From positions 992,001 to 1,056,000 of the forward strand of contig MU004197.1 of assembly GCA_010093605.1 (NCBI GenBank): 64,000 bases of DNA, in the 5' to 3' direction. This document shows, one piece after another, positions 50,950 through 63,984 of this stretch (positions within the stretch are counted from its first letter, which is position 1; each line of letters starts with the position of its first letter). The notes beneath the pieces were generated by a model. It saw only the letters and a list, made by a program, of their open reading frames with translations. It made no database searches and was not told where the DNA came from. Both the position numbers and the translations under genes were made by a program. The DNA comes from Lophium mytilinum. Lineage: Eukaryota.

Positions 50950-51620
50950 TAGCCCAAGATTTGGAGATTGTGTTTTCGTGCTGGCGTCAGGAGTGAACTG
51001 CCAAGATTCTGACGTTAGAGGGATTACCCGCGACCAACTTTCGCAAAGGCTGCCTGATTGCGCTCAAACTTTTCACACCTCTTATATAGATATAGCAGAG
51101 TGCACGGCGTGAGTTTGGTGTTCATAGCTCCTATAATCAGAAGTCAGTTTTCGTGCTGGCGTCCGAGTGAAGTGCCAAGATTTTGACATCGGGAGGACTA
51201 CCCGCGATCTGCTTTCGCAACGGAATTCTGATTACGCTCAAACTTTCAGTAACTCTTACATGCATATCATAGAGTGCACAGCGTGAGTTTGGTATCCCTA
51301 GCTCCAGTATTTAGAAGTCTTGTTTTCGTGTTGCGTCGTAGTGAACTGCCAAGAATCCGACATTGGAAGGACTACCCGCAATATACTCTCGCAACTGAGG
51401 TCTGATTACGCTCAAACTTTCGGGGCATCATACAGGGGTATATCAAAGTGTGCCGCGTGAGTTTGGTAGCCATAGCTCCAATATTAGGAAGCTGTGTTTC
51501 CCTGCCTGCGTTTGGGGTGAAGTGCCAAGATTCTGACATTAGAAGGACTACCCGCGATCTACTTTCGCAAATGGGGTCCGATTGAAACCAAAATTGGGCT
51601 GGGGCTTCTAGATGTGCTTT
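50950..51620. repeat. Diverged non-coding tandem array, ~175-bp unit, ~3.6 copies
   Basis: Unit starts (TTTTCGTG-like) at 50973, 51148, 51323 and 51497. Shared blocks: GTGAAnTGCCAAGA, GGAnTACCCGC, TCGCAA, GATTnCGCTCAAACTTT, GCGTGAGTTTGGT, TAGCTCC (the fourth unit is partial and diverges after TCGCAA). Confidence 0.95.
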
Positions 51621-52475
51621 GAAGTAAGGTCCAGATGTTAAGTGATGATTATTTAGAATTTGATTGCGTTTCGTGATATTATGTAGACTGTGCCCCTTGA
51701 AAGCTACCGGTGTCGTATGATTTCAGGAGTTGGAGTTTAGGAATTTCAGGAAATGGCAAGAATTTCGAAATGCTAGTAACAGGCCATTACCAAAGCTAGC
51801 ACCTTCTGACTTCGACTTTGCCTAACTATTGATGGATATGATCGAAGAAGATGGCCTACTGTATGAATCCTGAACATGCACTTACAAGTCGGTCATTATA
51901 CCTATCCCCTCGCGCAGTCCTCCTCATCGAAACAGCTCACACAGCATCGCGATCAGCTCATTACGGACTCGATGCCTGCACCTATCATCGGCCACCCCGA
52001 GCCCCATACGAGCTCCGCAACCCTCTTACATCCCCATCACACCATACTCCACTCTAACACCGAGGCACCTAGGCACATTCCCACTGCGTCCCCAACCTCT
52101 TCTCCGCACATCGCAATACCAGCGCGGGGAAGTCCCATGAATCTCATCTCATAATCATGCATGTTCCTCAAATGTGGGATGGCAGCACCGTGAAGGGCAC
52201 TAACCCACCCCCGTTTAACGTTCTCCCCAGCTCGCTTTTTGGACGTGCTTCAGGCGAGCAACCTCGGCCCAAGTGAATCCCGCGCTCCACCAGTCACGTC
52301 TGCGGGGACCACAAGCTATGTCCAAGCCGACGCCGCGTGCTAAATAGTCGACAACGCCGAGTCGCTGCGACTTTTTGACAGTGATTGCTTCATTCATTAT
52401 TGCTTGATACTTCACCATCTTTGTAGATTATACGACCCTTCGCTCTTGAAGCCTGAACTGCACAAGGTTGCCAGA

Positions 52476-54171
52476 ATGTCTGTACCGTACGACCTCCTCA
52501 AGAACACCCCCAATGGCCACCTCCCCGCCTCGGCCAGGGTGCCGGCCATCGCGAGGCCTTTTGTCAGCGAGAGAGCGTTGAAGACGCTGGATATCGTACG
52601 TTCCATCCACTAGCTCAATGTTATCCAATCTGCTCAGAGCTCTCATTCCAGATGCTGACGCTCGTGGCGATGTAGGTCGAGAAGTTCGTCGAAGAAGAAT
52701 GTATTCCCGCCGACGCCGTCTTCCAGCGCCAGATTGGGGAGACCCCAGTAGAGCGCTTCGAGGCGCATCCACCCATCATCGAGGAGCTCAAGACCAAGGC
52801 GAAGAAGCTGGGCATCTGGAACATGTTCCTGCCCAAGAACCACTTCACGGAGGGTGCAGGGTTCAGCAATTTGGAGTATGGGCTGATGGCGGAGTATTTG
52901 GGGAAGAGTATAACGGCGTCCGAGGTATGTGGTGCAAAAGAAGAGCTGGGGGAGTGGGAATGTGGATGAAGGAGGAATTGAAGGGACATGGCTAATGGCG
53001 TTGGCAGGCTACCAACTGCGCGGCCCCGGATACTGGCAATATGGAAGTGTTGGCGAAATACGGCACTGAGGCACAGAAGAGGAAGTGGTTGGACCCGCTG
53101 TTGGAGGGCAAGATTCGGTCTGCGTTCTTGATGACGGAACCCCAGGTTGCATCGAGTGACGCTACGAATATTGAGATGTCGATACGGAGAGAAGGAAACG
53201 AGTATGTTCTCAACGGACAGGTAGGAACTCCAACCTTGGCTGCCGAAAGTAGCTTTAATGACGTCTGCAACAGAAATGGTGGAGTTCAGGAGCGGGAGAC
53301 CTTCGTTGCAAAATCTACATTGTTCTCGGGAAGACAGACCCAAACAACACGAACAAGTATGCACAGCAATCAGTCGTCCTCGTTCCCAATGACACCCCCG
53401 GTATCACCATTCACCGCATGCTGTCCGTTATGGGCTTCGACGATGCCCCGCATGGCCATGGCCACATCTCCTTCGATAACGTCCGCGTGCCAGCTGAGAA
53501 CATGGTTTTGGGAGAAGGGAAAGGATTCGAGATTATTCAGGGCCGTCTTGGACCCGGCCGTATCCACCACGCCATGAGAAGCGTTGGTGCTGTAAGTGTA
53601 CTTCATCCAATACTCAACATCTTATCCTAACCTCCCACAGGCCGAAAAAGCCCTCGAATGGTTCCTCGCGCGCCTCAACGACCCTCGCAAAACTCCCTTC
53701 GGTGAACAACTTCACAAGCACGGGATTATGATCGAGCGAGTCGCCATGTCCCGCATCGAAATCGACGCCGCCCGCCTCATGGTCCTCAACGCTGCTATCA
53801 AGATCGACGAATCGAACGCCAAGGGCGCGCTCAAGGAAATTGCAGAAGTCAAGGTCCTTGTCCCCACCATGAACCTCACCGTCATCGACCGCGCCATCCA
53901 GGCGTATGGTGGCGCGGGTGTGTGCCAGGATACTCCGCTGGCGCAAATGTACGCACTGGGCCGCACGATGCGTATCGTAGATGGGCCGGATGAGGTGCAT
54001 GTGCTACAGCTGGGTAAGAACGAGAACAAGAAGGGGCCGGCTCATAAGGAGAGGATTGATGCGCAGACAAGGAAGGGCGGGGAGCTGTTAAAACAGTATG
54101 GCATTCAGGTTTCGGATCCCCTTCAGATCAATCGGATCAGTGGCCAGACGAGTAAGAAGAGTAAGCTGTAG
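52476..54171 (+). CDS. Acyl-CoA dehydrogenase (ACAD10/11-like), peroxisomal PTS1
   Basis: [56 protein letters not shown], |[42 protein letters not shown]-terminal SKL-TAG. 4 introns. Confidence 0.95.
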
Positions 54172-55241
54172 ATGTGTTTGAGTGCTCTGTGTATATAATA
54201 TGAAAGGAAAAATTCATGGTTCAATTGATCTCTTTGAGTAGCTTCTGAGCGTATAAGTTGGAGTGTAGGATTTGTCTCAGGTTTCGTTCTCTGTGGATGC
54301 TCGAGTCCCATTTTCTTCGAAAAGAAACATCCAACTTTACGGAGACGAGCAAGTGAGTCGACGGTCTAGGCAAACGCGAAATGAGTGTACGTCAGTGCAA
54401 ACGGTCTGTCGTAACTCAGTCACCACACCAGCGTTACCAATAAGAAAGCACCGACAGCTTCCTCAACAGCACATTCACTCCGATCATCAATGAACAAGAC
54501 ACGGAAGGACCGAACCGCCTAGCCGTCGGTGAGCGGTACAGCCCAGCCTTTTTGAGTTGGCAGGCTTTTATCTCGCAATAAGTACGGGTAGACAGAATGA
54601 TTCGCCATGTAACTCCACACATATATGAGAAGGAGCTAAGCTTGTTCGTAGTCAAGCTTGACCAAAAAAGCCCACTTGCGAGCATGCTGAAGACGGATGC
54701 GGTAAATCGACGCGCCCTGTTGCTTCTTTAGCAAGACATTTGTTCTGCACAAACCAACGATAGCATAGCTTTGAGCTTAGCAGAGAGTATATTATATGAT
54801 GACGGCTGTTGAACGTTCGGTCTTTTCAAGCTATGCAAACTGCAGGTGTTGTTTGTTGTGAGCTTTCGACCGCCCTAACCCCAGAGGGCTTTCGGCATCG
54901 CCTTTTCCTGTCCCTGCGCGTCGCTCATCAACAACATCAATTTCATCCACAGTCAAGACGTGAAAGGGTTATATAGACTCCGCCACACCTTGGCTTTAGG
55001 ACCTTTCAGAAACCTTATGAAGCTTCGACCTTCCATGACGGAAAGGCGCTGATGGCATCCTGGGGGCGCGTTGCCTGAGGTGTCTATGCACAGCCTCCAC
55101 CATATTGGTCTTGGTAGCTATACGTGAATGACAAGGCTATTTTCAGGATTCAAGCAACTCCACTCTTAACTTTTGACGTCCAAAAGAGACTTCTTGGTCC
55201 TCTCCGTTCCTTTTAAGAGAACATGCTCCGCGGTCCTCAAA

Positions 55242-57050
55242 ATGGCAGACCTTCCACCCTATCTGTACAAACCGCTTCAAAGCGAAACATCAATCCGAAT
55301 TATGATATTGCTGCCTGCCAAAGATGAAAAGGACCCATTAGAATGCCGCCTTGAGAATGCAGACATCGGAGATCCTAGGCCATACTATGGTGTTTCGTAC
55401 GTCTGGGGCGATGAGTCCCATCCATCAAGAATTCAATGCGAGGGAGCGCACATATCCATTACGCGGAATGCAGATATCGCCCTCCGGCATATTCGACGCG
55501 CTACAAAGGACGTCCCTCTATGGATTGACAGCATCAGTATCAACCAGAAGGATGTAGATGAGCGGAACGCCCAGGTACGCATCATGGGTGATATTTATCG
55601 CAAGTCCAAAATGGTTTTCATATGGCTCGGCTCTGCAGATGAGTTCGAGAGCACCGCTGCGGCATTGGAAGGTATCAACATCTTAATTAGTAACGTATGG
55701 CCTCTATTAGAGGAATGGGACAAGTGGACCCTGCACGGCTTGCTAGATGACAGCGGGACTGTCGTCTCAGACGACATCAGCACGCACTTCAATATACCAA
55801 GGCACGATTCACCTCAACTCGAAGCTCTAAGGGACTTGATCACAAAACGTCCGTGGTTTGGCCGCGCATGGACATTCCAGGAAAACTTTCTGGCCAAAAT
55901 CGGAGTTTTCTTATGTGGCCGCTACTATTTCTCACCGTGGGACCTCGCACGAGCCTGTCATTTCTTGCAGAAGCTTTTCTGGTGTTCAGGTCAGCGCAAT
56001 GCTGCCGCTCAGATATCTGCAATAGTGACAACAGTGGGCTTACACCGAGACTTGGTCGAAGGAGGATTACAAAAGTTTATAACTCTGGAGGAGCTACTCG
56101 CACTTCGCCGCGGTGTTGGCTGCAAGGTACCAAGCGATCAGGTTTATTCACTGTTAGGAGTTGCCAGTGATAGCGTTTCCATCGACCCGAACTATCGCAA
56201 GCCATTCCAGACTGTTTTTGCAGAGACCGTCGTCGAGATTATTCGAAACACCGGAAAGCTTCGAGTATTTAGCCACCCTGACCCAGGATCTTCAGAGCTT
56301 CCGAGTTGGTTACCTGACTGGCGACGACCCCGCATCAAGGAGCATGCTAGGATTACCCTACCTTTGTCGCAGGAACTATACAGCGCCGCAGGCTCATCAG
56401 TTGCAAAGCCAAAACTATCCGAGGACTGCAAACAATTGACTATTCCAGGGCTTGCTTTTGATCGGATAGTTTCTATGCAAGGAGCCTCTTCATATAAAGC
56501 CTCTGAGCATTCATGGATAGTGCAGAAACCTACACACAATTGGTCTCTCGGAGATGAGTACAAGTTCACTTCAGAGTCAATGAACGCCGCAGTCCACAGA
56601 ACATTGGATGCGGACCTCCAGTCAAGTTCCATTCACGCAAACCCATTCCAAAGACAAACCCCAGAGTACCTTGCATCCGGGCAGTCCGCACTATTCACAG
56701 AACCAGACTCCTATTTGTATTATGCCCCAGTCTTAGTGCTTATGGCCTTGCACGTTGATCTTTTCCTCACACGAGGTCGTCGTATCGGAAGAGCACCTAT
56801 GAACGCAAAAATCGGGGACATTGTCGCAGTTCTCCTTGGCGGCAATGTGCCTTTTATACTTCGACCGATTGGCAACAACCAATACACCTTTATTGGCGAG
56901 TGCTATGTCCATGGTTTTATGGACGGTGAAGCATTTATCGATGCTCGTCGAAAAGCTGATTCGGAATACGATGGCAGTGATACATCATGGCTGCAAAGAT
57001 TGCATGAAATTCCGATTCCATTTCCTACGCAAGAGTTCACTCTTGTCTAG
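55242..57050 (+). CDS. HET-domain protein (HET-6-like heterokaryon incompatibility effector)
   Basis: YKPL...IRIMILLP, YYGVSYVWG, ITRNADIALRHIR, LWIDSISINQKDVDERNAQVRIMGDIYRKSKMVFIWLG, PWFGRAWTFQE, DQVYSLLGV, LPSWLPDW, GDIVAVLLGGNVPFILRP, FIGECYVHGFMDGE. Confidence 0.93.
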   Translation: MADLPPYLYKPLQSETSIRIMILLPAKDEKDPLECRLENADIGDPRPYYGVSYVWGDESHPSRIQCEGAHISITRNADIALRHIRRATKDVPLWIDSISINQKDVDERNAQVRIMGDIYRKSKMVFIWLGSADEFESTAAALEGINILISNVWPLLEEWDKWTLHGLLDDSGTVVSDDISTHFNIPRHDSPQLEALRDLITKRPWFGRAWTFQENFLAKIGVFLCGRYYFSPWDLARACHFLQKLFWCSGQRNAAAQISAIVTTVGLHRDLVEGGLQKFITLEELLALRRGVGCKVPSDQVYSLLGVASDSVSIDPNYRKPFQTVFAETVVEIIRNTGKLRVFSHPDPGSSELPSWLPDWRRPRIKEHARITLPLSQELYSAAGSSVAKPKLSEDCKQLTIPGLAFDRIVSMQGASSYKASEHSWIVQKPTHNWSLGDEYKFTSESMNAAVHRTLDADLQSSSIHANPFQRQTPEYLASGQSALFTEPDSYLYYAPVLVLMALHVDLFLTRGRRIGRAPMNAKIGDIVAVLLGGNVPFILRPIGNNQYTFIGECYVHGFMDGEAFIDARRKADSEYDGSDTSWLQRLHEIPIPFPTQEFTLV

Positions 57051-60000
57051 TGGGACTGGTCTATGCAATTTGTCTATACCAGGACCATGCGCTCACGTCG
57101 CCAATCCATTGGGGCTGCGTCACTTGGAAAAGCTCACCGCACCGACGTTTGGAATGTCTTGATGAGGACATGGGTAGATCGTTTCGAGCTCTTGAGCGTA
57201 CTAGCGCAGGTACAGTTAGGGAATATAGGCCGGTTGCGGCTTGCATTAAATCTCCTGTGGAAATAAGCTATAGTACCTATACAAAAGTCTGTGGACACCT
57301 ATTAACCACTGTATGAGGTGTTCGATGCTTTATCACAAGCTTAAATAAGATGTAAATGTCCAGGGAGTGCGCATTCAAACACTCTCAAACCCATTTGTTA
57401 CGCCTGCGTAGATATTGTCCTGGGGGCTGGGGGGTGCTCAACGTATTATTAGAGCTCAATAAGAAGACTCAGGACCTGGGTTGAGAGGTAGTGCACAGAC
57501 TTGTGTCCTAATATTGTACCTACAATTGGGCGGATGGACTGCGGCAGTACGAATAGTCGCATTCCCGTCTCGCTCAATCTAACAAAAATACATCGAAGGA
57601 CCACACTGCGCGGAAAGAAGGGATATGCGAAAAAATTGGCATGGAGCAAGAAACCGTCCTGAAATGGAGAATTTGCGATGGTCGAAGGTATTCGGTCTCC
57701 ATGCTCATCGTAATCAAGCCTTACTGCTCTTCTGGCTTACGGATCTCTGTCCATATTCGTCTCCATACACAGAAGCATCTTTAGCGCGATGGTACATTTC
57801 TAGGTCGATAAGCTAGCTGGATGCCGAGCAATGCGGCTCCCCCTACACTTGAACAGTAGCATCCACCAGCAAATTCAGCTTTAGTCAATACATACAAGCT
57901 GATCGTGGGACATTCAATTTCAAATGATCTCTCCACTTAACTAGAAGATCGTGTTCTCGCGGATCTACGCCCCTTGAACCTTGCGTAGCAAAGTAGCAGG
58001 ATTTTTATGACACCGGCAGTTCTCGGAGGATTCCCAACCCGATACCGTGGAGAGCAATACCCAGCACCACGGTCAGACAAACCTTTCGTTCCAGTCGGAA
58101 AATAAATCTGCAGTAGCACTGTTCGGTTCGTGGCTGAGCTCGTGCGAGGCGCAGTGTGCTTCTCACGGAGTCCGCCGGAACGAACCGGCGCACGACGAGC
58201 AGTAGTAGGGATATTTGAACAGTCGTCCTACTAGAAGAAGATTCCTGACTTCCTAGCGACGATGTTTAGATACGTTCCCGGGCCCCATCGAGTTGGGTTT
58301 GGTTGTAGCTGTTGCTGATGGTAGTTCGATTCTCGTCTGTATTGGATCGGAGTCGGACCCCAAGGCGTCGCCTCGAGAGAAAGTACGAATCTAAGATAGG
58401 ACAACAATATGAATATAGAATAATATTAAAAGATTGCCGACGAATAGGGTTGAATTGGAGAAAGTTGCGCTTCAAGTGTAGAAGCGGATGATTAGCTAAA
58501 AAGTGCGTGGACTCAATGGAGCTAGCGCAAATGTTTGTTGTTTTTGCCACTACAAGAACAAGGAAAAGTCGTGGACGTAGAGCATTTAGACTGCGATAAG
58601 GAGGCTCCGAGGAAGTCTCCATTGAGAGATGGTATAGTAGCATATGATCGTTCGTGTTCTCACTGCTATGGCCTAAGCGTAGGCTTGGGCTTCAATACTA
58701 GGCATTTCAGTTCTTCTGTGAAGGTTGAAGTTCTGATAACTGTGGATGCTGATAAGATAATTTAGCGTATTACGTATATAGAGATTAGTACTCCTCTAAC
58801 AGGGCTTAGTGCTATTTCCGGACGGAAGGAGGAAAGGGAGCTGAGAGGAGGTTCCAAAACACGACGAGTGATGTACGAGGCGTTGAAGTCGGCATTCGGG
58901 TGAAAATCGGTTGAAATTTGCTTATCATTATCATTGAACGTTCTGTGAATGGTAACCGTCACGGGACGATTGTTTCATGCGGGTGACTCGGACTTAAGTG
59001 ACGCCGGATAGCCTAAGAAGCCCAAACGAACTATACCGCAGTATCTATTGGCCAGGTTCGGAGTATCCTCAACCAGCAAAAGGGCTTGGCTTGCCGCCGC
59101 CGGCATCTTGACTCGCTCTTCGTCATGTATCAGACTGCTGTGCCTCATGCAAGCGCCATGTCGAAGGAAGTATGACAAGATCATGCTAGAAAAAGCGGAC
59201 CCGCAGCTCATCATTTTGCGGGGTTGTTGGGCGCATCCGGAGCATGGATCTTGAGGAAGTAGTCGAGGGGTCAGGTTTCTCGGCGTAAAGTCTAGAGGTG
59301 CTTTGGCGACGTTGCCGCAGGGCCTCCTAGTCTTGCAGTTGCAGCGCGGACGTCAGGACAGCCTGGACGATGTGAACTTTGTTTGAGACCCCAAAGACAA
59401 AGAAGGCGAAATTTTGGGACGGGATATTTTTGAGTGCTCAGGTATCTCCAGTTTTGAACTCCCTGCATCTCATACTCCTTGCATCTCGTGATATAATAGA
59501 GTCGAGTCAGTAGGTAAAGCACAGACAGGAAATGTGCGTCACGCATTGGATGACGAGTGTTGGTGGAAGTCATGTACGTTAGCAGGGTCGAGGGCCGAAG
59601 AGACTGATCGGTATACTGGTTGAGCCAGGGACTTGCCAGGCTGAGACGGGCATCGAACGAACGAGGATAGAGGATGAGGCTGAGGAGACACGCAGCCGAG
59701 CTGAATAAACTTTCAGTCCAGACGTTGGCGGCAGCAGCCGGATGGCACCGCACCTTCGCGACCAAGCTCCGCGCGGGACGGGCCTTGCCCCACGGCGGGC
59801 GTGCGGGTGCGCGTGGCCGTGACGGATGGTTTGGCTTTTGGTGACGCTGTTTGGCTTGCGAGCCGCTGCGACACGGTCCAGGGACCCGGGCGGCTGGCAT
59901 TTCTGGGACTTCGCGCAGTTGTGTTTTCTTCTTCGTCGTGCCGTCCCGTCCAACGGTTTCGTGGGGGCGATCATTGGGCAGACGTGGGGCGCAGGCGCTT

Positions 60001-63000
60001 CTGCGTGGGGACGTGACTCTGGGGAGATCACCATCGAACCTGTATGGATACGCGCTGGGGGCATCCTCCCTGTCGAAAAGGCGGGGACATACCGTAGAAC
60101 CCAGCAAGTGCATGTAGCATGTGAGGTGTGCGGTCTAATATCGTGGAGGCTGAGTGCATGATGCTATGAAGCCAGTTTGACTTTGCGGGCGAGATCTGCA
60201 CCTGTGCATCGCTGTTTCAGCCATGCGAATATATAGACCAATGCCCCGGATGGCGTCTTCGTCGGTTATTCGCTAGTTGAAGTGCATCGCGATTGATTTG
60301 GAGGTGCTGAGGGACATAGCCATTCACTGTCTTGAAAAACTGAGCGACAGACCTTGGTACTAGATACTACCTACCTCACCATTGCGCGTGCTGTTCTCGT
60401 GGAGCAAATCCTTGCAGCAGGCTTGATTCAAGCGGTAATCTGGAGCTGGCGCAGGCGGCTCCGGCGGTAGAGCTATGGATTTGAATTAGTAGCATGAGAG
60501 GTGAAATCATTGCCTCTACGCGTGAATATTTCTACAGAATAGCAGTGATTATCCTCTGCTTCAAGTGAGGCTGTGGTTCGACACACTGAATGTCTAGATA
60601 ACCGGCAAGACGCTCAATTGCAGGCCTTACCATGGCCTAACAGACTGGGATCGGCGAATATGGACAAATCCTCATGGTAGTGTGATCATGATTTCTTTAG
60701 CAAACAGTTGCAAAACGCAAGCGAAATGTGGGCTCGTCGGTTCACGCAACTCATAGAATTAACGGGGTACCTCATACGGTGCCGCCCGCTCTGTGGCGAG
60801 AGATGGTAGAAGAACGATTCGAAAGGGCTGAGTAGCGCTTGAAAGCAGCGGGAAATACATCATATAACTCCGCTATTGGAAAAAGGAAATCCGAATACGA
60901 AAGAACATCGCGACCATGTAGGAAAACCTCAAAGAGACCCAGAATGGAAATGGAGATAGGTTTTGAAAGAGTTTGACAGGATTTGGTGTTGAGTTTGGCG
61001 GCGCTGAGGCCTGAAAAGTTAATTCATTGAACGCGGCTCGTGACCCACATGGCGTCAATCTGCGTGGTTGCGACAGCTTGTGCCTGACGGCGCTTGCAAT
61101 AAACTTCCGCAACGGCAGCTAGAGAGTAAACCGAGTGTCTGGGTCGGATTCGAAGCTTAGAGAGACCACAGGTGTATCAAGACGGCGTCTTGAAGTTGGT
61201 GGTGCAAGAGTAGTGAAGCGATACTTGGTAGACTCGTTTGGGCGGTAGATGAAACGCACTACTGGTGCTGAAGATGGACCCTCGATAGACTCGAAAGTGA
61301 GGCGGACCCTGGAGACATGTCCGTATCTTGCATGATCTCGAAGATGGGTCTTCCGCAGGGATGGGGGTGTCGTGCTCCCAACTACTGTCCGCAAGTCAAG
61401 AGTTCGGCCTATTTCATCGGCGGGCAATCATTGATCAGCATCGGCGGTCAGCCGACATGCACGACCGACGCAGGCCTGCGAGAGGCGCATGTTGGGGCAT
61501 CTGAGGGCTCCTGCGTGGAGACGACCTTGCAGAGGGCCGTTGCAGGCAAGATTTGCACCAGGCACATTTGCGTGCTTCAGGTTGCAGACGGGAAAAGAAC
61601 AGCGCTGGTTGGAGGAATATCCGGCTCCAGATGCCCTAAGCCCGCAACGAGACGCCATATTGGCCTGGTGTGGGCAGAGATGCAGCGATCTGGACGCAGT
61701 GCCGCGATGAAGCTTAGCCCAACGCGGCCTGGAAGCGTTTGAAAGTGCGTCGGAAGCTTGAGGAAGACAGATATCGACTGCTGTGCGCGTCCTTGATTTG
61801 CTGGAGGCGTGGATCTAGTCCCGACTGGCCACTGTACACGCCGCTGATGGACGCGAGCATGAGGGCGACGCAAGGACACCAGGCCATGCACGGTGACAAC
61901 TCTACGGCGTGCTTGGACGCTGGAGAAGTCCGGAGCCGATGCTGAAGCTGATCTGCCTGGAAACGCTCAAACAATAACGGTACTGGTTGACTGCCTTGTG
62001 GCATCGCGGACGAGATCAGGGGCGGGGGAGAGTGCCGTCACAGCAGCCAGCTAGCTCTGCCGTTTCCAGATGCCACTAGTCCGCAGCTCCGGATAGCAGA
62101 GGGCGGAGGGTCACTGATATCGGCGAGGAGGGGAGGACAGGGCGGCAGCCATACAGAGGGGGCGTCTGCGTGATGGGGCATGCTCATGCGTCGTCGAATG
62201 CTCGTCAAATGCTCGCTGAGAAGACGCCGTTGAGCCCCCTCGCCGGCGGCCATGCCGCAGCATGGATGGCCATGTCAACGCTGCATGTCCAGCTGCAGAG
62301 GCGACGCGAGCACGGCTACCAGAGTACGGCGTGCGGGCTTCACAACGATGCCGGCAGACGACGGGATCGCGCGCGCAAAGCCGCAAGCCGTGGGCTCTGC
62401 TGACGGACCGCTCCTCGTGTGCTGGTCTCCAACAAAAGGGCCGGTAGGAAGGCAGGCAAGCGGGAGGTGAGACAGGCGATGCCAGTCTAGTTGAGGATGC
62501 CGGGACCCTCCCGGAGAGAGTGGCGCTTTACTGCTCAGTTCGCAGCAACCCCCGCCTGGCGCGGCCGAAGGGCTCCTCAGAGTCTGCAGACCAGAGGCCG
62601 TGACCAGCGCCCGTTGGGCCCAGCTTGCTGCGTCGAGGGTGCATCGTGGGCAGCACTGAAGGCGCTGTGTGGTGCTAGCCCGCGAAGAGGCTGGTGTCGA
62701 AGCATGTTCCACATAGGCTGGCCATGGCATCGATGGCATCGAGGGGGCTCGAGGAGCATCAAGGGCCATGGCAGAGTGGGGCCCAAGGCGCGGTTGACGT
62801 TTGCAAATCCCTGATGAGGCGCGACTCAGGTGTTGGCGTTGCGCAACTCTCATGGGCCTATCCTCCACAATTTCCACTGGCCAAGCACCGCCATCCGACC
62901 TCGGGTCCTCACGAGTAACGCGCGATGCCGCCCGCCAGCTGCCCGCCTGCACCGGCCCAGCTCCCCCGCGGGTAGTGCGAGTCCTGTCTGCCATGGGCCG

Positions 63001-63984
63001 TGGTGAACTGGTCGAGGCGGTTGCAGGAGCTGTGAAGATGAAGACGAAGAGCAGGAACAGCAACCCAAGACAGCAACGCAGACAGCAGCCAGCCGCACAG
63101 ACGGAGACAGAGAGGATTACCTGGCACGCCTGGCACTGGGTACATTTCCGATAGCTGATCGCCTCCAGGGCGGCAGGCCAGACCGTGCGCGCTGGGGGCT
63201 GGCCGGAGCGTTTGGCCGAGCGTAGAGGCTGTGGAGTAGTGTGAGAAGCGCAGCCAGCATCAAGGCCCGCACCACTTCACGCCCATATTATCGATAGCGC
63301 CGCCAGGATGGCCTGGTACAAGTCACTGTCCTGTTGCCCTACCACGCATCCTGTGCGCGACCGCATCTCCCCTTTCCAGCTCTCGCCTCGTTGCTTCCAG
63401 AACGCTGCCAGTGAGAACGCCGCGCTCTCCCCGGCCTCACCATCCTACTCTACTCCACACTCCCTAGCCTGCTGCTCCCATTCGCCGTCCTAGCCTCATC
63501 CCGAACGCGAGCCCTCGCCGCCAAGCGAGCCTCCATGACTACCTAGCCGTCCAGCTCCCGTACTATCTCGACTTCACTTCGCTCTCTCGCCCTTCGTCTG
63601 CGTGGGTCGTGACCCAACATCTCTCAATTGATCTGTCCTGTACTTCTCGCGCCTGTTATCTGCCTCCTTCTTTCGCTCGAGCCAGTTGCTAGCCTGACAC
63701 GGCGCCGTACCTGGGGGATCGCCGATTAAACAGCCTAGAGTCCGGCTTGCCCTCACCACTTTCTTCGAAAAAGCAACTTCAACCATCCGGGGCTCTAGCG
63801 TCTTCACTGTTCGTTTCTTGGGCCACCGCCTGTCTGGAGCTCGTTGGACCCGCAAAGGTATGACAGAGAGTCGTGCCCGCACCCCTCACTCCCCCCTCTC
63901 CAAGTGCATATACGTCCTAGACTTATCAGCCATTCATTGAAACCCCTCTAATCCTGCTAGTAATATTCCAGGTGCGCATATCAC

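Noticed and set aside
50950..51620. CRISPR array interpretation of the 175-bp repeat
   Set aside because: Eukaryotic context, no cas genes, and units are homologous over their whole length rather than identical repeats with unrelated spacers.
58266..59254. Runs of collinear short ORFs on both strands suggesting a pseudogene
   Set aside because: Could not assign any family by eye; needs BLASTX.
59292..63154. Long ORFs 59292-60113 (-), 62275-63063 (-) and many overlapping ones
   Set aside because: GC-rich, Arg/Pro/Ala-biased, overlapping in several frames and with no recognisable motif. Most likely chance ORFs in a long upstream region.
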